40,181 nucleotides of DNA from a virus. The DNA is taken from IMG/VR virus record IMGVR_UViG_3300020036_002545; one strand, 5' to 3'. Of this stretch, positions 26,636-34,578 are shown in pieces (within the stretch, counting starts at the first letter, position 1; every line of letters starts with the position of its first letter). Both the position numbers and the translations under genes were made by a program. The notes beneath the pieces were generated by a model, which was given only the letters and a program-made list of their open reading frames with translations, was not told the origin of the DNA and did no database searches.

Positions 26636-28893
26636 TGGCAACAGACTTCTCAAAGTATGGAGTTCCTGTAGACAAGTCTAAGGTAAAAGGCACTACAGAT
26701 TTCTCTAAATATGGTACTCCCGTTGGTTCTGCATCTACAGGTACAGAACGCCAGCAACGTATAGAACAGGGTCTTCCTGTCGGTATGGGAGACAGAGCTA
26801 CACCAACTATGGGAGGTGAGATTGTTCGTGGTGTCGCAAAACTTCCAGCACGAATCGGTACTTCATTGACACAAATTGGACAACTTGCAGGAGATATTGC
26901 AGGGGTAGATACTGGTACAAAACTCGCTGAACCTTTCTCTGGAGAATATCTTGGAAAAGTCACCCCTGTTGGCGGTGGTGTTGAAACAGGCTTCTCTAAG
27001 AAAGCCCTTATAGATAGTATCGGAAGCGGTGTTGAAGCTGCGTCCTATGTTGTAGGAGGCGCACCGGGTGTAAAAACTGTTGCAAATACAATCGCACAGC
27101 CATTAAAGAAAACAGCTTTAAAAACTGGTCTAACACTTGCAAAGGAAGGGGCATTACAAGGTGGACTTTCTTCACTCGGAACTTCAATGCAAGATGGAGA
27201 CTCCCTCGGTCAGACATTAAAAAACACGGCAGTTGGAACTGTAGCAGGTGCAGGACTTGGATTTGCAGGAGGTTATGGCGGTTCAAAAATCTCTAGTAAA
27301 ATAAAAACTCGTTTACCTAAAAACGAGCGTATTATTGCTGGCAGAGAGGGAGAACTTGCAAACATTGAAACAAATTACGCTAAGACACGAAAGGCAGCAG
27401 AATACTCAAAAGACGCTAGTGCTGGCTCTCGAAGACGAGTTGCTGAAACAGATGTACTCGTAAACGCTACGGATGACAATGGCATAATACGCACTAAGAA
27501 TCCAGGCGGTGCAGTCGAGAAATACAAGGCTCAGACTCTCGACGGTGCAGAGCAAGTAGTAAGAAATAACCTCGAACGTCTCGGAGAGAAGGTAAATCTT
27601 TCTAAGGTAGAGAAAGAACTTACAGACGCAGTAAACGCTAGTGGACTAGAGGGAGCAGACCTTAAAAACGCCCTAAACGGAGTAAAAAAAGAAATATCTG
27701 GGTATAAACTCAAAGCAGACGCTAACGGCGATGTGCCTCTTACGCTCATACATGACGCAAAGATAAGCACTACAAAAAATATAAACTACCAGACACCTCC
27801 AGAGATAAAAGCATCACGCAAGGCTATCGCTAACGGTTTGAAAAAGACTGTAGAAAAAAACAGCTCATTTAATACCGAAGAAGTAAACGCTGTGCTTGCT
27901 AAATACCTCGAAGACATTGCATACCTCGAACGTCTTGACGGTCTGCGTGTTCATGGTGGAAAACTTGGAAAATATTTTTCTCAAATAGCAGGAAACGTAG
28001 CAGGAGGAGCAGTTGGCGGTGTAGTTGGAGGATTGCCAGGTTCAGCAATCGGAACAGTTGTTGGAGGTGAACTCGCTAGTCGTTTAAAAGGTTCTATGCT
28101 CTCTCGAACACTCGGAAAAGCTACAGGTAGGGTTGCACCAGAGTCAAAGATACTTCAGAAAGCTGTTAATTTGGGTAAATCTCCGCGTTTGCAGTTACCT
28201 GCCCCTAAGCCAGGTAGTCCCCGTATTTCTATAGGTTCTGGTAAAACAATAAACCTCGGAAGTAAAAGCCAGTCAGCGATTGACGAGGCTTATCGGTCGC
28301 GTATTGGAACCCAGACAAGCCAATATATGGCGAGTCCTAGCAAAAACCCAAGTAAGATAGGCATATCCAACACAGTACAACAGTCTGAAGCAAACGGCAA
28401 GTTGCCTCTTGTTGATAAGCTAAAAAATACACCTAACAAAGAAGCTGGTATAGGTAAAATTGGAGCTGTTTTAGGTGGTACATCATTAAGCGGCATTGGT
28501 CTTGCTTCACAAATTGGCTCAAAACAAACATACCAAGCACAAAAAAACACATCTAATTACCCATCTCCTAAAAAAATAAGCGATGCCCTACTTCAACTTG
28601 AATCGTCAGGAGGAACTAACAAAACCAATGCTGATAAAGGAGAAATGAAGTGGCTTACAGGTCTTACTAAAAGTGCTATTGATGAGCTAAAAAGAACAGG
28701 TATTAAAACAAGTGTCAAGATAAACGATAGAAATGATGTTATAGACGCAAGCATAAAATACTTTAATCTACTACAGAAAAGAAATCCGAATCTTACCCCA
28801 GCCGAAGTATATGTAGATAAATACTGGACGCAATGGTCTTCGCCACAGCAACGTCAGAGAAAGATTGATGAATTTAATAGGCTAACTGGATAA
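26635..28893 (+). CDS. Large internal virion protein with possible C-terminal lytic transglycosylase-like domain
   Basis: 752 aa with Gly-rich segments. The C-terminal LLQLESSGGTNK...WLTGLTKSAIDEL weakly resembles the SLT E-S ... GLMQ core. Confidence 0.4.
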   Translation: MATDFSKYGVPVDKSKVKGTTDFSKYGTPVGSASTGTERQQRIEQGLPVGMGDRATPTMGGEIVRGVAKLPARIGTSLTQIGQLAGDIAGVDTGTKLAEPFSGEYLGKVTPVGGGVETGFSKKALIDSIGSGVEAASYVVGGAPGVKTVANTIAQPLKKTALKTGLTLAKEGALQGGLSSLGTSMQDGDSLGQTLKNTAVGTVAGAGLGFAGGYGGSKISSKIKTRLPKNERIIAGREGELANIETNYAKTRKAAEYSKDASAGSRRRVAETDVLVNATDDNGIIRTKNPGGAVEKYKAQTLDGAEQVVRNNLERLGEKVNLSKVEKELTDAVNASGLEGADLKNALNGVKKEISGYKLKADANGDVPLTLIHDAKISTTKNINYQTPPEIKASRKAIANGLKKTVEKNSSFNTEEVNAVLAKYLEDIAYLERLDGLRVHGGKLGKYFSQIAGNVAGGAVGGVVGGLPGSAIGTVVGGELASRLKGSMLSRTLGKATGRVAPESKILQKAVNLGKSPRLQLPAPKPGSPRISIGSGKTINLGSKSQSAIDEAYRSRIGTQTSQYMASPSKNPSKIGISNTVQQSEANGKLPLVDKLKNTPNKEAGIGKIGAVLGGTSLSGIGLASQIGSKQTYQAQKNTSNYPSPKKISDALLQLESSGGTNKTNADKGEMKWLTGLTKSAIDELKRTGIKTSVKINDRNDVIDASIKYFNLLQKRNPNLTPAEVYVDKYWTQWSSPQQRQRKIDEFNRLTG

Positions 28894-28894
28894 C

Positions 28895-30886
28895 ATGCCC
28901 GATGAAATCCTAAAAAGAGACCAAAATAGAGTAACCGTATTGGCTGGTGTCACAAACGACTCAGACATGGATATTACCATGCTCCGTGTTGACCCAATAA
29001 CAAAAAGATTGTTAGTGGCTGCTACGGGTGGAGGAGGTAGTGCAGTCTGGGGTTCAATCACAGGAACACTCTCCGACCAGACAGACCTACAATCAGCTCT
29101 CGACGCTCGTGTTCCCTACACAGGCGCAACAGCAAACATAAATCTCAACACTCGCAGTATCACGCAAAACCTCATTGACGATACTAGAGGTTATGAAATA
29201 CAAAACACAGGAGGTGATACTCGCGCAATGCTCGGTCTTGGTGCTACGTCAGATGGCTTCCTAAATATTTTCAAAGCCGACAACTCTCTCGGTTTTTCTT
29301 CAGAGGGTGGTAACACATTCACATCTGCACTTTCTATCAACCTCCCAACGTCATTTAGCTACACATCTAACAACCCACTTTCGATAGGTTGGTCGGGTAA
29401 CACATATGGAGGTGGATATATTCAAAACCAATCAACTGGGACATCGGCTTCAGCTGACCTGATTCTTGGAGCAGATAACGACGGAGTAGCCGCGACTGGT
29501 CACTTCATAAACCTCGGTATCAACAACTCCAACTATGCTGGAGTTCTTGGTACTGCTGGAGATGGGTATCTTTACACTTCTGGTGGACACCAATATATTG
29601 GCACAGACACAGCAGGTAAAAATCTCTATTACCAAATAGGTGGTCTTTCGTCTACCAACGTAATCGGTGCTACAAACTCTACAGGTACTGGAATGGGTAC
29701 ACTATCCCCTACCGCACGTTTCCACGCAGTAGGAACAGCTGCTATCGGTACGCCAGTATTCACTGGTGCTGGTCTAAATGACCTTACTGCAGGAGGAACA
29801 TACATCGGAGGTACAAACTCTAACTACACCGTAACTATCTCTACAGTAAGCTCAATATACACATCGGCAGTTAGTGCAGGAGGAAGTGCGTGGGCTATCG
29901 GTGATACGTTCACAATTTCTGGTGGTACATCTGGTACTGGTATAGTCACTGCTGTATCCGCTGGCGCTGTGACTGCATACACAATTACAAACACAGGTTC
30001 TGCGTACACGACTGGTGTAAAAACGTGTACTCGAACGTCTGGTTCTGGTACTGGTCTTTCTATAAACATTACAGTTATTGCAGACAAGTTTAACTGGTTG
30101 AAGACTGGTGGAGCAACAACATTTAGTGTTGTTATAACTGGTGCAGCACAAACACTTGCAGAGGGTGTAACAATCACATTTGCGGCGCAGTCTGGTCACA
30201 CGGCATCAAACTCGTGGGCAGTACCAGTCACTGCTGTAAACCTATTCACTGGTGTCAGTAATACTGGTGCTGTAAACGCGTCTATCTCAAACTCTGGTGT
30301 TGCAACACTATCTGGTGATACTGCTCGTTTTGTCGCAGTAAACACATCGAATAGTCAATCTGTAACTATTTCTCCGACATCTATAGTAATTTCAACAACC
30401 ACAGGTGCAAACGGAGGAACTATAATTTCCGGTGGAGCTAACTTGCTTCAATTTGATAGTCCATTCCGTGTAACGTCACAAACGGTTCGCCCATACATGA
30501 ACGGCGGTGCATATAGCTCGACTGTCGGACGTATTACGTCAGCAGAAAACACGACAATGGGTATCGGATTCCCTGCAGCGAACTCGTTTAACTTTATAGT
30601 AAACTCAATCGAGCACGCTCGTCTTGACCTAAATGGTATGTTGCTCGGTTCAACTACTACAGTGAAAATGGGGCTATGGGGTAAAACTCCGATTGTACAG
30701 CCTGTAACTGCTCCATATACACCAGATGCACAATCTGTTGCATACACTGGTATCGACAACTTGCAGCCAGGCACTGTGTACGCAACCGTTGCTGATTTAA
30801 ACACGCTTCGTGTCGCGTATGAAAACCTACGGGTTGCATATGACGATTTACGAACACTCGTTATTTCAACAGGATTAGTAGCTTAA
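28895..30886 (+). CDS. Tail fibre / receptor-binding protein 2
   Basis: N-terminal MPDEILKRDQNRVTVLAGVTNDSDMDITMLRVDPITKRLLVAATGGGG is shared with 19798 and 19209; T/G/S-rich body of 663 aa. Confidence 0.7.
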   Translation: MPDEILKRDQNRVTVLAGVTNDSDMDITMLRVDPITKRLLVAATGGGGSAVWGSITGTLSDQTDLQSALDARVPYTGATANINLNTRSITQNLIDDTRGYEIQNTGGDTRAMLGLGATSDGFLNIFKADNSLGFSSEGGNTFTSALSINLPTSFSYTSNNPLSIGWSGNTYGGGYIQNQSTGTSASADLILGADNDGVAATGHFINLGINNSNYAGVLGTAGDGYLYTSGGHQYIGTDTAGKNLYYQIGGLSSTNVIGATNSTGTGMGTLSPTARFHAVGTAAIGTPVFTGAGLNDLTAGGTYIGGTNSNYTVTISTVSSIYTSAVSAGGSAWAIGDTFTISGGTSGTGIVTAVSAGAVTAYTITNTGSAYTTGVKTCTRTSGSGTGLSINITVIADKFNWLKTGGATTFSVVITGAAQTLAEGVTITFAAQSGHTASNSWAVPVTAVNLFTGVSNTGAVNASISNSGVATLSGDTARFVAVNTSNSQSVTISPTSIVISTTTGANGGTIISGGANLLQFDSPFRVTSQTVRPYMNGGAYSSTVGRITSAENTTMGIGFPAANSFNFIVNSIEHARLDLNGMLLGSTTTVKMGLWGKTPIVQPVTAPYTPDAQSVAYTGIDNLQPGTVYATVADLNTLRVAYENLRVAYDDLRTLVISTGLVA

Positions 30887-30896
30887 TAATAAACAT

Positions 30897-31136
30897 ATGA
30901 GAGATATAACAGAAAACATAGCAGAAGATGCTATCGCAAAAAAAATAGTAGTAAAAATAGTAGCTGACGATTTACAAAGTTACGCTGATTTTAACTACAC
31001 GCTTTTAAACGCCGAGGGAGAAGAGATTGAAACAGAGACAATTAAGTGCGAGGGAGAAGATTATGCAAATTGGGATAATAGTAACGAGTACCCATACACG
31101 TTTGTCTCTGGTAAACTTGGAATAACGATACTGTAA
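30897..31136 (+). CDS. Small acidic protein
   Basis: 79-aa ORF. Confidence 0.5.
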   Translation: MRDITENIAEDAIAKKIVVKIVADDLQSYADFNYTLLNAEGEEIETETIKCEGEDYANWDNSNEYPYTFVSGKLGITIL

Positions 31137-31534
31137 TGCCTTACGATGAAAAAGTAACATTTAAAGAACTTATGGACGCACACCTCGTTCCCATACATGA
31201 ACGCCTAGAACAAAATAGTGCGCTATTTAAGGAAACCCGCGAGGACATGAAAGAAGTAAAACAAATACTTACCGAAGTTCAATTACAAACTACACGCACA
31301 AACGGGCGTGTTAGTAAACTAGATGAATGGTCTGAGGGAGCAAAAAAAGTTATTGAGAACAATACTACAGCAGTCGCAGATTTAAAATGGTGGCGCGGTG
31401 CAGTTATCTGGGGTGCAGGTATTCTTGTGACATTTGTTTGTATATCTTACCCAGTGCTAAAATACATTGTGCAGAGACAAATAGAAGAAACAGTGCAAGC
31501 ATCATTAGCACAATTTAACATCGTAGTAAAATAA
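31136..31534 (+). CDS. XhlA-like lysis-associated membrane protein
   Basis: Coiled N-terminal part, then NNTTAVADLKWWRGAVIWGAGILVTFVCI, comparable to the XhlA C-terminal NNTW.WR...G TM segment. Confidence 0.45.
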   Translation: MPYDEKVTFKELMDAHLVPIHERLEQNSALFKETREDMKEVKQILTEVQLQTTRTNGRVSKLDEWSEGAKKVIENNTTAVADLKWWRGAVIWGAGILVTFVCISYPVLKYIVQRQIEETVQASLAQFNIVVK

Positions 31535-31535
31535 C

Positions 31536-31649
31536 ATGAAAAAAACTATAACAATGACACGCAAGCCAAAGCCTACTATCACTCTCACTCGCAAGCCACA
31601 GCCAGCACCTCGCAAGGTAGATATTCGCACAGTAGCCTATAAGAAATAA
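31536..31649 (+). CDS. Small highly basic protein (37 aa)
   Basis: MKKTITMTRKPKPTITLTRKPQPAPRKVDIRTVAYKK, with internal TRKP.P repeat; fills the gap before the endolysin. Confidence 0.3.
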   Translation: MKKTITMTRKPKPTITLTRKPQPAPRKVDIRTVAYKK

Positions 31650-31650
31650 T

Positions 31651-32223
31651 ATGGAACGCCTACAACTCTACTATCCATGCCGACCTTATAGTCTAAACCA
31701 AGGCTTCGGAGAAAATGCAAACGGATTCTACAAAGAACTCGGTATGCTCGGTCATAACGGTTGGGATTTATTCGCACCAGACGGCACATTAGTACGCGCA
31801 ACTCATGATGGCGTAGTCACGTTCTGCGGACACGATGGCTCTGGTGGACTTGGTGTTGTTATCCGTACAAAGAAGCCATTTATCTACCGCGACGGTGAAG
31901 CATTTTACAAAACAATATATTGGCATTTAAAGGAGGGAACTATCCGCGTCAAGCCAGACCAAGAAGTAGTAGCGGGAACTATCATAGCTCTCGCCGACAA
32001 CACAGGAATGTCCACAGGTTCACATCTTCATTTCGGTCTCAAACCTATGATGCAAGGCGAACAATCATGGCAATGGTACAATACAGAGCAAGACAACGGA
32101 TACCAAGGTGCAATAGACCCACTCCCATACTTCACAGGTGAATATGCGGACGTTGTGTATCCTGGTCTCGGTGCGCGTGCCTTTCAAGCATTACTAGATT
32201 TAGTTAAAAGTAAAAAAATATAA
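31651..32223 (+). CDS. M23-family peptidase (endolysin)
   Basis: HxxxD motif (GHNGWD) and HxH motif (SHLHFG), with the intervening THDGVV. Confidence 0.8.
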   Translation: MERLQLYYPCRPYSLNQGFGENANGFYKELGMLGHNGWDLFAPDGTLVRATHDGVVTFCGHDGSGGLGVVIRTKKPFIYRDGEAFYKTIYWHLKEGTIRVKPDQEVVAGTIIALADNTGMSTGSHLHFGLKPMMQGEQSWQWYNTEQDNGYQGAIDPLPYFTGEYADVVYPGLGARAFQALLDLVKSKKI

Positions 32224-32224
32224 T

Positions 32225-32497
32225 ATGGACTATAATTCAACAATAGAAGTTCTCGGAAACGCTGCTCTTTTAATGTCGTATGTTTGTGCGCTCACTATCG
32301 CCGTGATGCAGATTGTAAAGCAATTTAAAATTGCAAAACGATTTCTTCCGATTATTGCAATCATAATAGCAATAGTGATTACATTTCTTTTTGTTCCACA
32401 GTTTTCTGTGTCTATAGTCTTGATTGGTTTTGTATCTGGTTTGACAAGTATGGGATTGTTTACTGGTATAAAAAATACCGTTTCAAAGGGGTTATAA
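32225..32497 (+). CDS. Holin
   Basis: 90 aa with three hydrophobic spans and a charged C-terminus; directly after the endolysin. Confidence 0.65.
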   Translation: MDYNSTIEVLGNAALLMSYVCALTIAVMQIVKQFKIAKRFLPIIAIIIAIVITFLFVPQFSVSIVLIGFVSGLTSMGLFTGIKNTVSKGL

Positions 32498-32542
32498 TAC
32501 CCACGCCGACCTCTCACATTATTATTGCCGTGTCGGCAAGGA

Positions 32543-32567
32543 AACAGCATCTTCGGGTGCTGTTTTT
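32543..32567 (+). terminator. Rho-independent terminator
   Basis: aacagca-tcttcggg-tgctgtt followed by TTTTTG. Confidence 0.7.
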
Positions 32568-32572
32568 GTTCG

Positions 32573-32581
32573 TTATCCACA
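32573..32581 (+). promoter_or_regulatory. Perfect DnaA box TTATCCACA (GTTATCCACAG) overlapping the -35 position of a TATACT -10 (32603-32608)
   Basis: Exact 9-mer. The -10 ends 7 nt before ATG 32615, so the transcript may be leaderless. An alternative promoter is TTGACA(32588)-N17-TTATAT. Confidence 0.55.
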
Positions 32582-32614
32582 GTCGCATTGACAAAAATGC
32601 GATATACTTTTTAT

Positions 32615-32878
32615 ATGGTTTTATTTAGAGATTGTTTCGTGTGCGAAACACCAGAAAAGACAAATAGTTTAGAGCGAGTATTTTTTTGCAAGGAGTGTCT
32701 GTCATCCCAAGACAAACAGCGAGAAGTCGAAATAGAGTGCTACGTCTGCAAAGACATCATTATTAGAAAAAACATAATCAAAAATGGAACATGTTATCCG
32801 TGTAGACGAAAGAAGCGTAATGAATACCAGAGGAAATGGGAAGCTCTGTTTAATCTGCAAAAACAAGCTGAAAAATAA
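32615..32878 (+). CDS. Double zinc-ribbon small protein
   Basis: CFVC-x13-CKEC and CYVC-x14-CYPC; alternative ATG at 32597. The upstream part of track ORF 32525 crosses the terminator and is rejected. Confidence 0.55.
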   Translation: MVLFRDCFVCETPEKTNSLERVFFCKECLSSQDKQREVEIECYVCKDIIIRKNIIKNGTCYPCRRKKRNEYQRKWEALFNLQKQAEK

Positions 32879-32966
32879 CATGCAGGTATATTTCTGCTCT
32901 ACAGAGTGCGGAAAGAAAGGTGCGAGTATCACATACATGCCCTATAAAGCCGTAAAACGCTCATAG
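32820..32966 (+). CDS. Zinc-ribbon small protein (start uncertain)
   Basis: CLIC-x12-CSTEC. It overlaps the previous gene by 59 nt. Alternative start 32880 sits in a TAACATG junction. Confidence 0.35.
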   Translation: MNTRGNGKLCLICKNKLKNNMQVYFCSTECGKKGASITYMPYKAVKRS

Positions 32967-32978
32967 CAAGGTTTAAAT

Positions 32979-33128
32979 ATGAAAAACGACACTATACACC
33001 ACTCACGCACTAAAACGGTAAATAAGCCCTATGTCTGCGTATCTTGTAAAAAGGAGACATCGCAGTTATATTCTGGAAGTTGTCCACAGTGCGAGTTTGC
33101 CAAACGAAAGGAAAAACGTAAACTATAG
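32979..33128 (+). CDS. Zinc-ribbon small protein (49 aa)
   Basis: CVSC-x11-CPQC then a basic tail KRKEKRKL; not in the track (<60 aa). Confidence 0.45.
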   Translation: MKNDTIHHSRTKTVNKPYVCVSCKKETSQLYSGSCPQCEFAKRKEKRKL

Positions 33129-33193
33129 ATGTCAGTATTTCGATAGTCTACTGACAAGCATATACATCATGTAAGCCTTATATGATGTATCGG

Positions 33194-33281
33194 AGAGGCA
33201 TAGAATACGGTGCTGCTCCGCTTCCACGGAGGTCTGCTACTACAGACGGACGAAAGTCCAAGCGCTGTGCTCTGTGCCTCT
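33194..33281 (+). ncRNA. Structured RNA R1: about 21-bp closing helix capped by three short hairpins
   Basis: agaggca/tgcctct, extended by 14 more pairs of which 4 are G-U. The hairpins are ctccg/cggag, gtctg/cagac and ggac-GAAA-gtcc. It is flanked by the 9-bp direct repeat TATCGGAGA. Confidence 0.45.
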
Positions 33282-33286
33282 TATAT

Positions 33287-33358
33287 CGGAGAATAGCTTA
33301 ATGGTGAAGCAATCGTCTTATACACGATAGACTGATGGTTCAAGTCCATCTTCTCCGA
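33287..33358 (+). tRNA. tRNA-Ile (anticodon UAU, reads AUA)
   Basis: Hand-folded cloverleaf:
- acceptor cggagaa/ttctccg
- D arm gctt-aatggtg-aagc
- anticodon arm atcgt-cTTATac-acgat
- T arm gatgg-TTCAAGT-ccatc
No encoded CCA. Confidence 0.8.
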
Positions 33359-33360
33359 CA

Positions 33361-34116
33361 ATGAACAAAATCATACAGGGTGACTGTTTAGAAGTAATGA
33401 AAAAAATAGGAGATAATTCCATAGATTTAACAGTAACCTCTCCACCGTATGATAATTTACGAGACTATAACGGTTATACTTTTGACTTCAAAAATATTGC
33501 AAAAGAACTTTTTAGAGTAACAAAGCAAGGTGGTGTAGTTGTTTGGATTGTTGGTGATGCAACAATTAAAGGAAGTGAAACAGGAACATCATTTAAACAA
33601 GCACTTTACTTTAAGGAGATTGGATTTAATTTGCACGATACAATGATATGGAAAAAGCAGACTTTTACTGATACAGGGTCGCTCCAGTGTAGATACGGTG
33701 GAGTATTTGAATATATGTTTATTTTGTCAAAAGGAAAAATAAAAACATTTAACCCCATAAAAGACAGATTAAATAAAAAACCGAATATTAAAAAAAACGG
33801 AAGTATTAGACAAAAAGATGGTACAACAAGACCTCAATCATCTTTAGGAAAAAAAGCAAACATTTACGGTCAGAGATTTAATGTTTGGGAAATAAACACG
33901 GAAATTTCAAATAGTAATAGATTTCACCCAGCACAATTTTCTGAAAAACTAGCTGAAGACCACATATTATCTTGGAGTAACAAAGGCGACATCGTACTTG
34001 ACCCGATGGCAGGAAGTGGGACAACATTAAAAATGGCAAAGAAAAACGATAGAAATTATATTGGAATAGAAATATCGGCAGAGTACATAAAAATTATTGA
34101 AGAAAGACTAAAATAG
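33361..34116 (+). CDS. N6-adenine/N4-cytosine DNA methyltransferase (beta class)
   Basis: Motif IV TSPPY near the N-terminus and motif I DPMAGSGTT near the C-terminus. Confidence 0.8.
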   Translation: MNKIIQGDCLEVMKKIGDNSIDLTVTSPPYDNLRDYNGYTFDFKNIAKELFRVTKQGGVVVWIVGDATIKGSETGTSFKQALYFKEIGFNLHDTMIWKKQTFTDTGSLQCRYGGVFEYMFILSKGKIKTFNPIKDRLNKKPNIKKNGSIRQKDGTTRPQSSLGKKANIYGQRFNVWEINTEISNSNRFHPAQFSEKLAEDHILSWSNKGDIVLDPMAGSGTTLKMAKKNDRNYIGIEISAEYIKIIEERLK

Positions 34117-34156
34117 TTATCAACATATTGTAGCAATCCTACTTAAAAGTTATAGT
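34117..34156 (+). promoter_or_regulatory. Degenerate DnaA box TTATCAACA abutting the TAG stop, plus promoter TTGTAG-N17-TATAGT
   Basis: Same TAG+box context as at 36600 and 38239. The predicted start near 34163 coincides with the first base of helix R2. Confidence 0.45.
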
Positions 34157-34163
34157 ATATGTA

Positions 34164-34240
34164 CTTCCCTGCGGTATTGTGCTTTCAAGCATAAATACGT
34201 TCACAAAGGAAGCCTAAAGTATAGTTTTCTTGCAGGGAAG
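34164..34240 (+). ncRNA. Structured RNA R2 (9-bp closing helix)
   Basis: cttccctgc (34164-34172) pairs with gcagggaag (34232-34240). Confidence 0.35.
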
Positions 34241-34244
34241 ACTA

Positions 34245-34358
34245 TGGGGAGTGGTAGAGTGGCAATACAAAAATGTGCAAGATGGCCGTGAGTAGTATTT
34301 ATACGAAAGCAATAAGCTACACCTTTTTCCTCGCAAGGTTCGATTCCTTGCCTCCCAA
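34245..34358 (+). ncRNA. tRNA-like element with expanded anticodon domain (114 nt)
   Basis: Acceptor tggggag/cctccca has 6 of 7 pairs. D arm is gta-gagtggcaa-tac. The T arm caagg-TTCGATT-ccttg is canonical. A 65-nt insert, including a GAAA-capped hairpin at 34292-34320, replaces a normal anticodon arm. Confidence 0.4.
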
Positions 34359-34435
34359 CACCGCAGTCTGTATGACTGCCGTACTTACAAGCACGATACG
34401 CTTGTACATGCCCGTTGCTTCGGGTTTTCTAAACA

Positions 34436-34575
34436 CACCACTATCGCTGGGCTTTGCCGTAACAATTCGTTCAACATCTTCTCAACATATCTTTGCCGGA
34501 TCGATGGAGAGACTGAACGATAAATAAGGCAATCGACTCAAAAGAGTACGACTGAGGCTTTCCGTGATAGTGGTG
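34436..34575 (+). ncRNA. Structured RNA R3 (10-bp closing helix around about 120 nt)
   Basis: caccactatc (34436-34445) pairs perfectly with gatagtggtg (34566-34575). Hairpins at 34363-34379 and 34386-34406 lie upstream. Confidence 0.35.
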
Positions 34576-34578
34576 TAT

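Noticed and set aside
19798-30886. Diversity-generating retroelement (repeated segments within and between the fibre genes)
   Set aside because: - No reverse transcriptase gene exists in the genome.
- The repeats are diverged at synonymous sites rather than showing adenine-specific template/variable repeat differences.
32588-32616. TTGACA-N17-TTATAT as the promoter of the zinc-ribbon gene
   Set aside because: Its -10 would overlap ATG 32615, and transcription would start inside the CxxC-encoding region. The TATACT box at 32603-32608, which gives a leaderless ATG 32615, fits better. Neither is proven.
34273-34527. Track ORF of 84 aa in the tRNA island
   Set aside because: - It runs through the T arm of the tRNA-like element and several stable hairpins.
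- Its composition is odd.
- It has no start context.
- The region is better explained as structured RNA.
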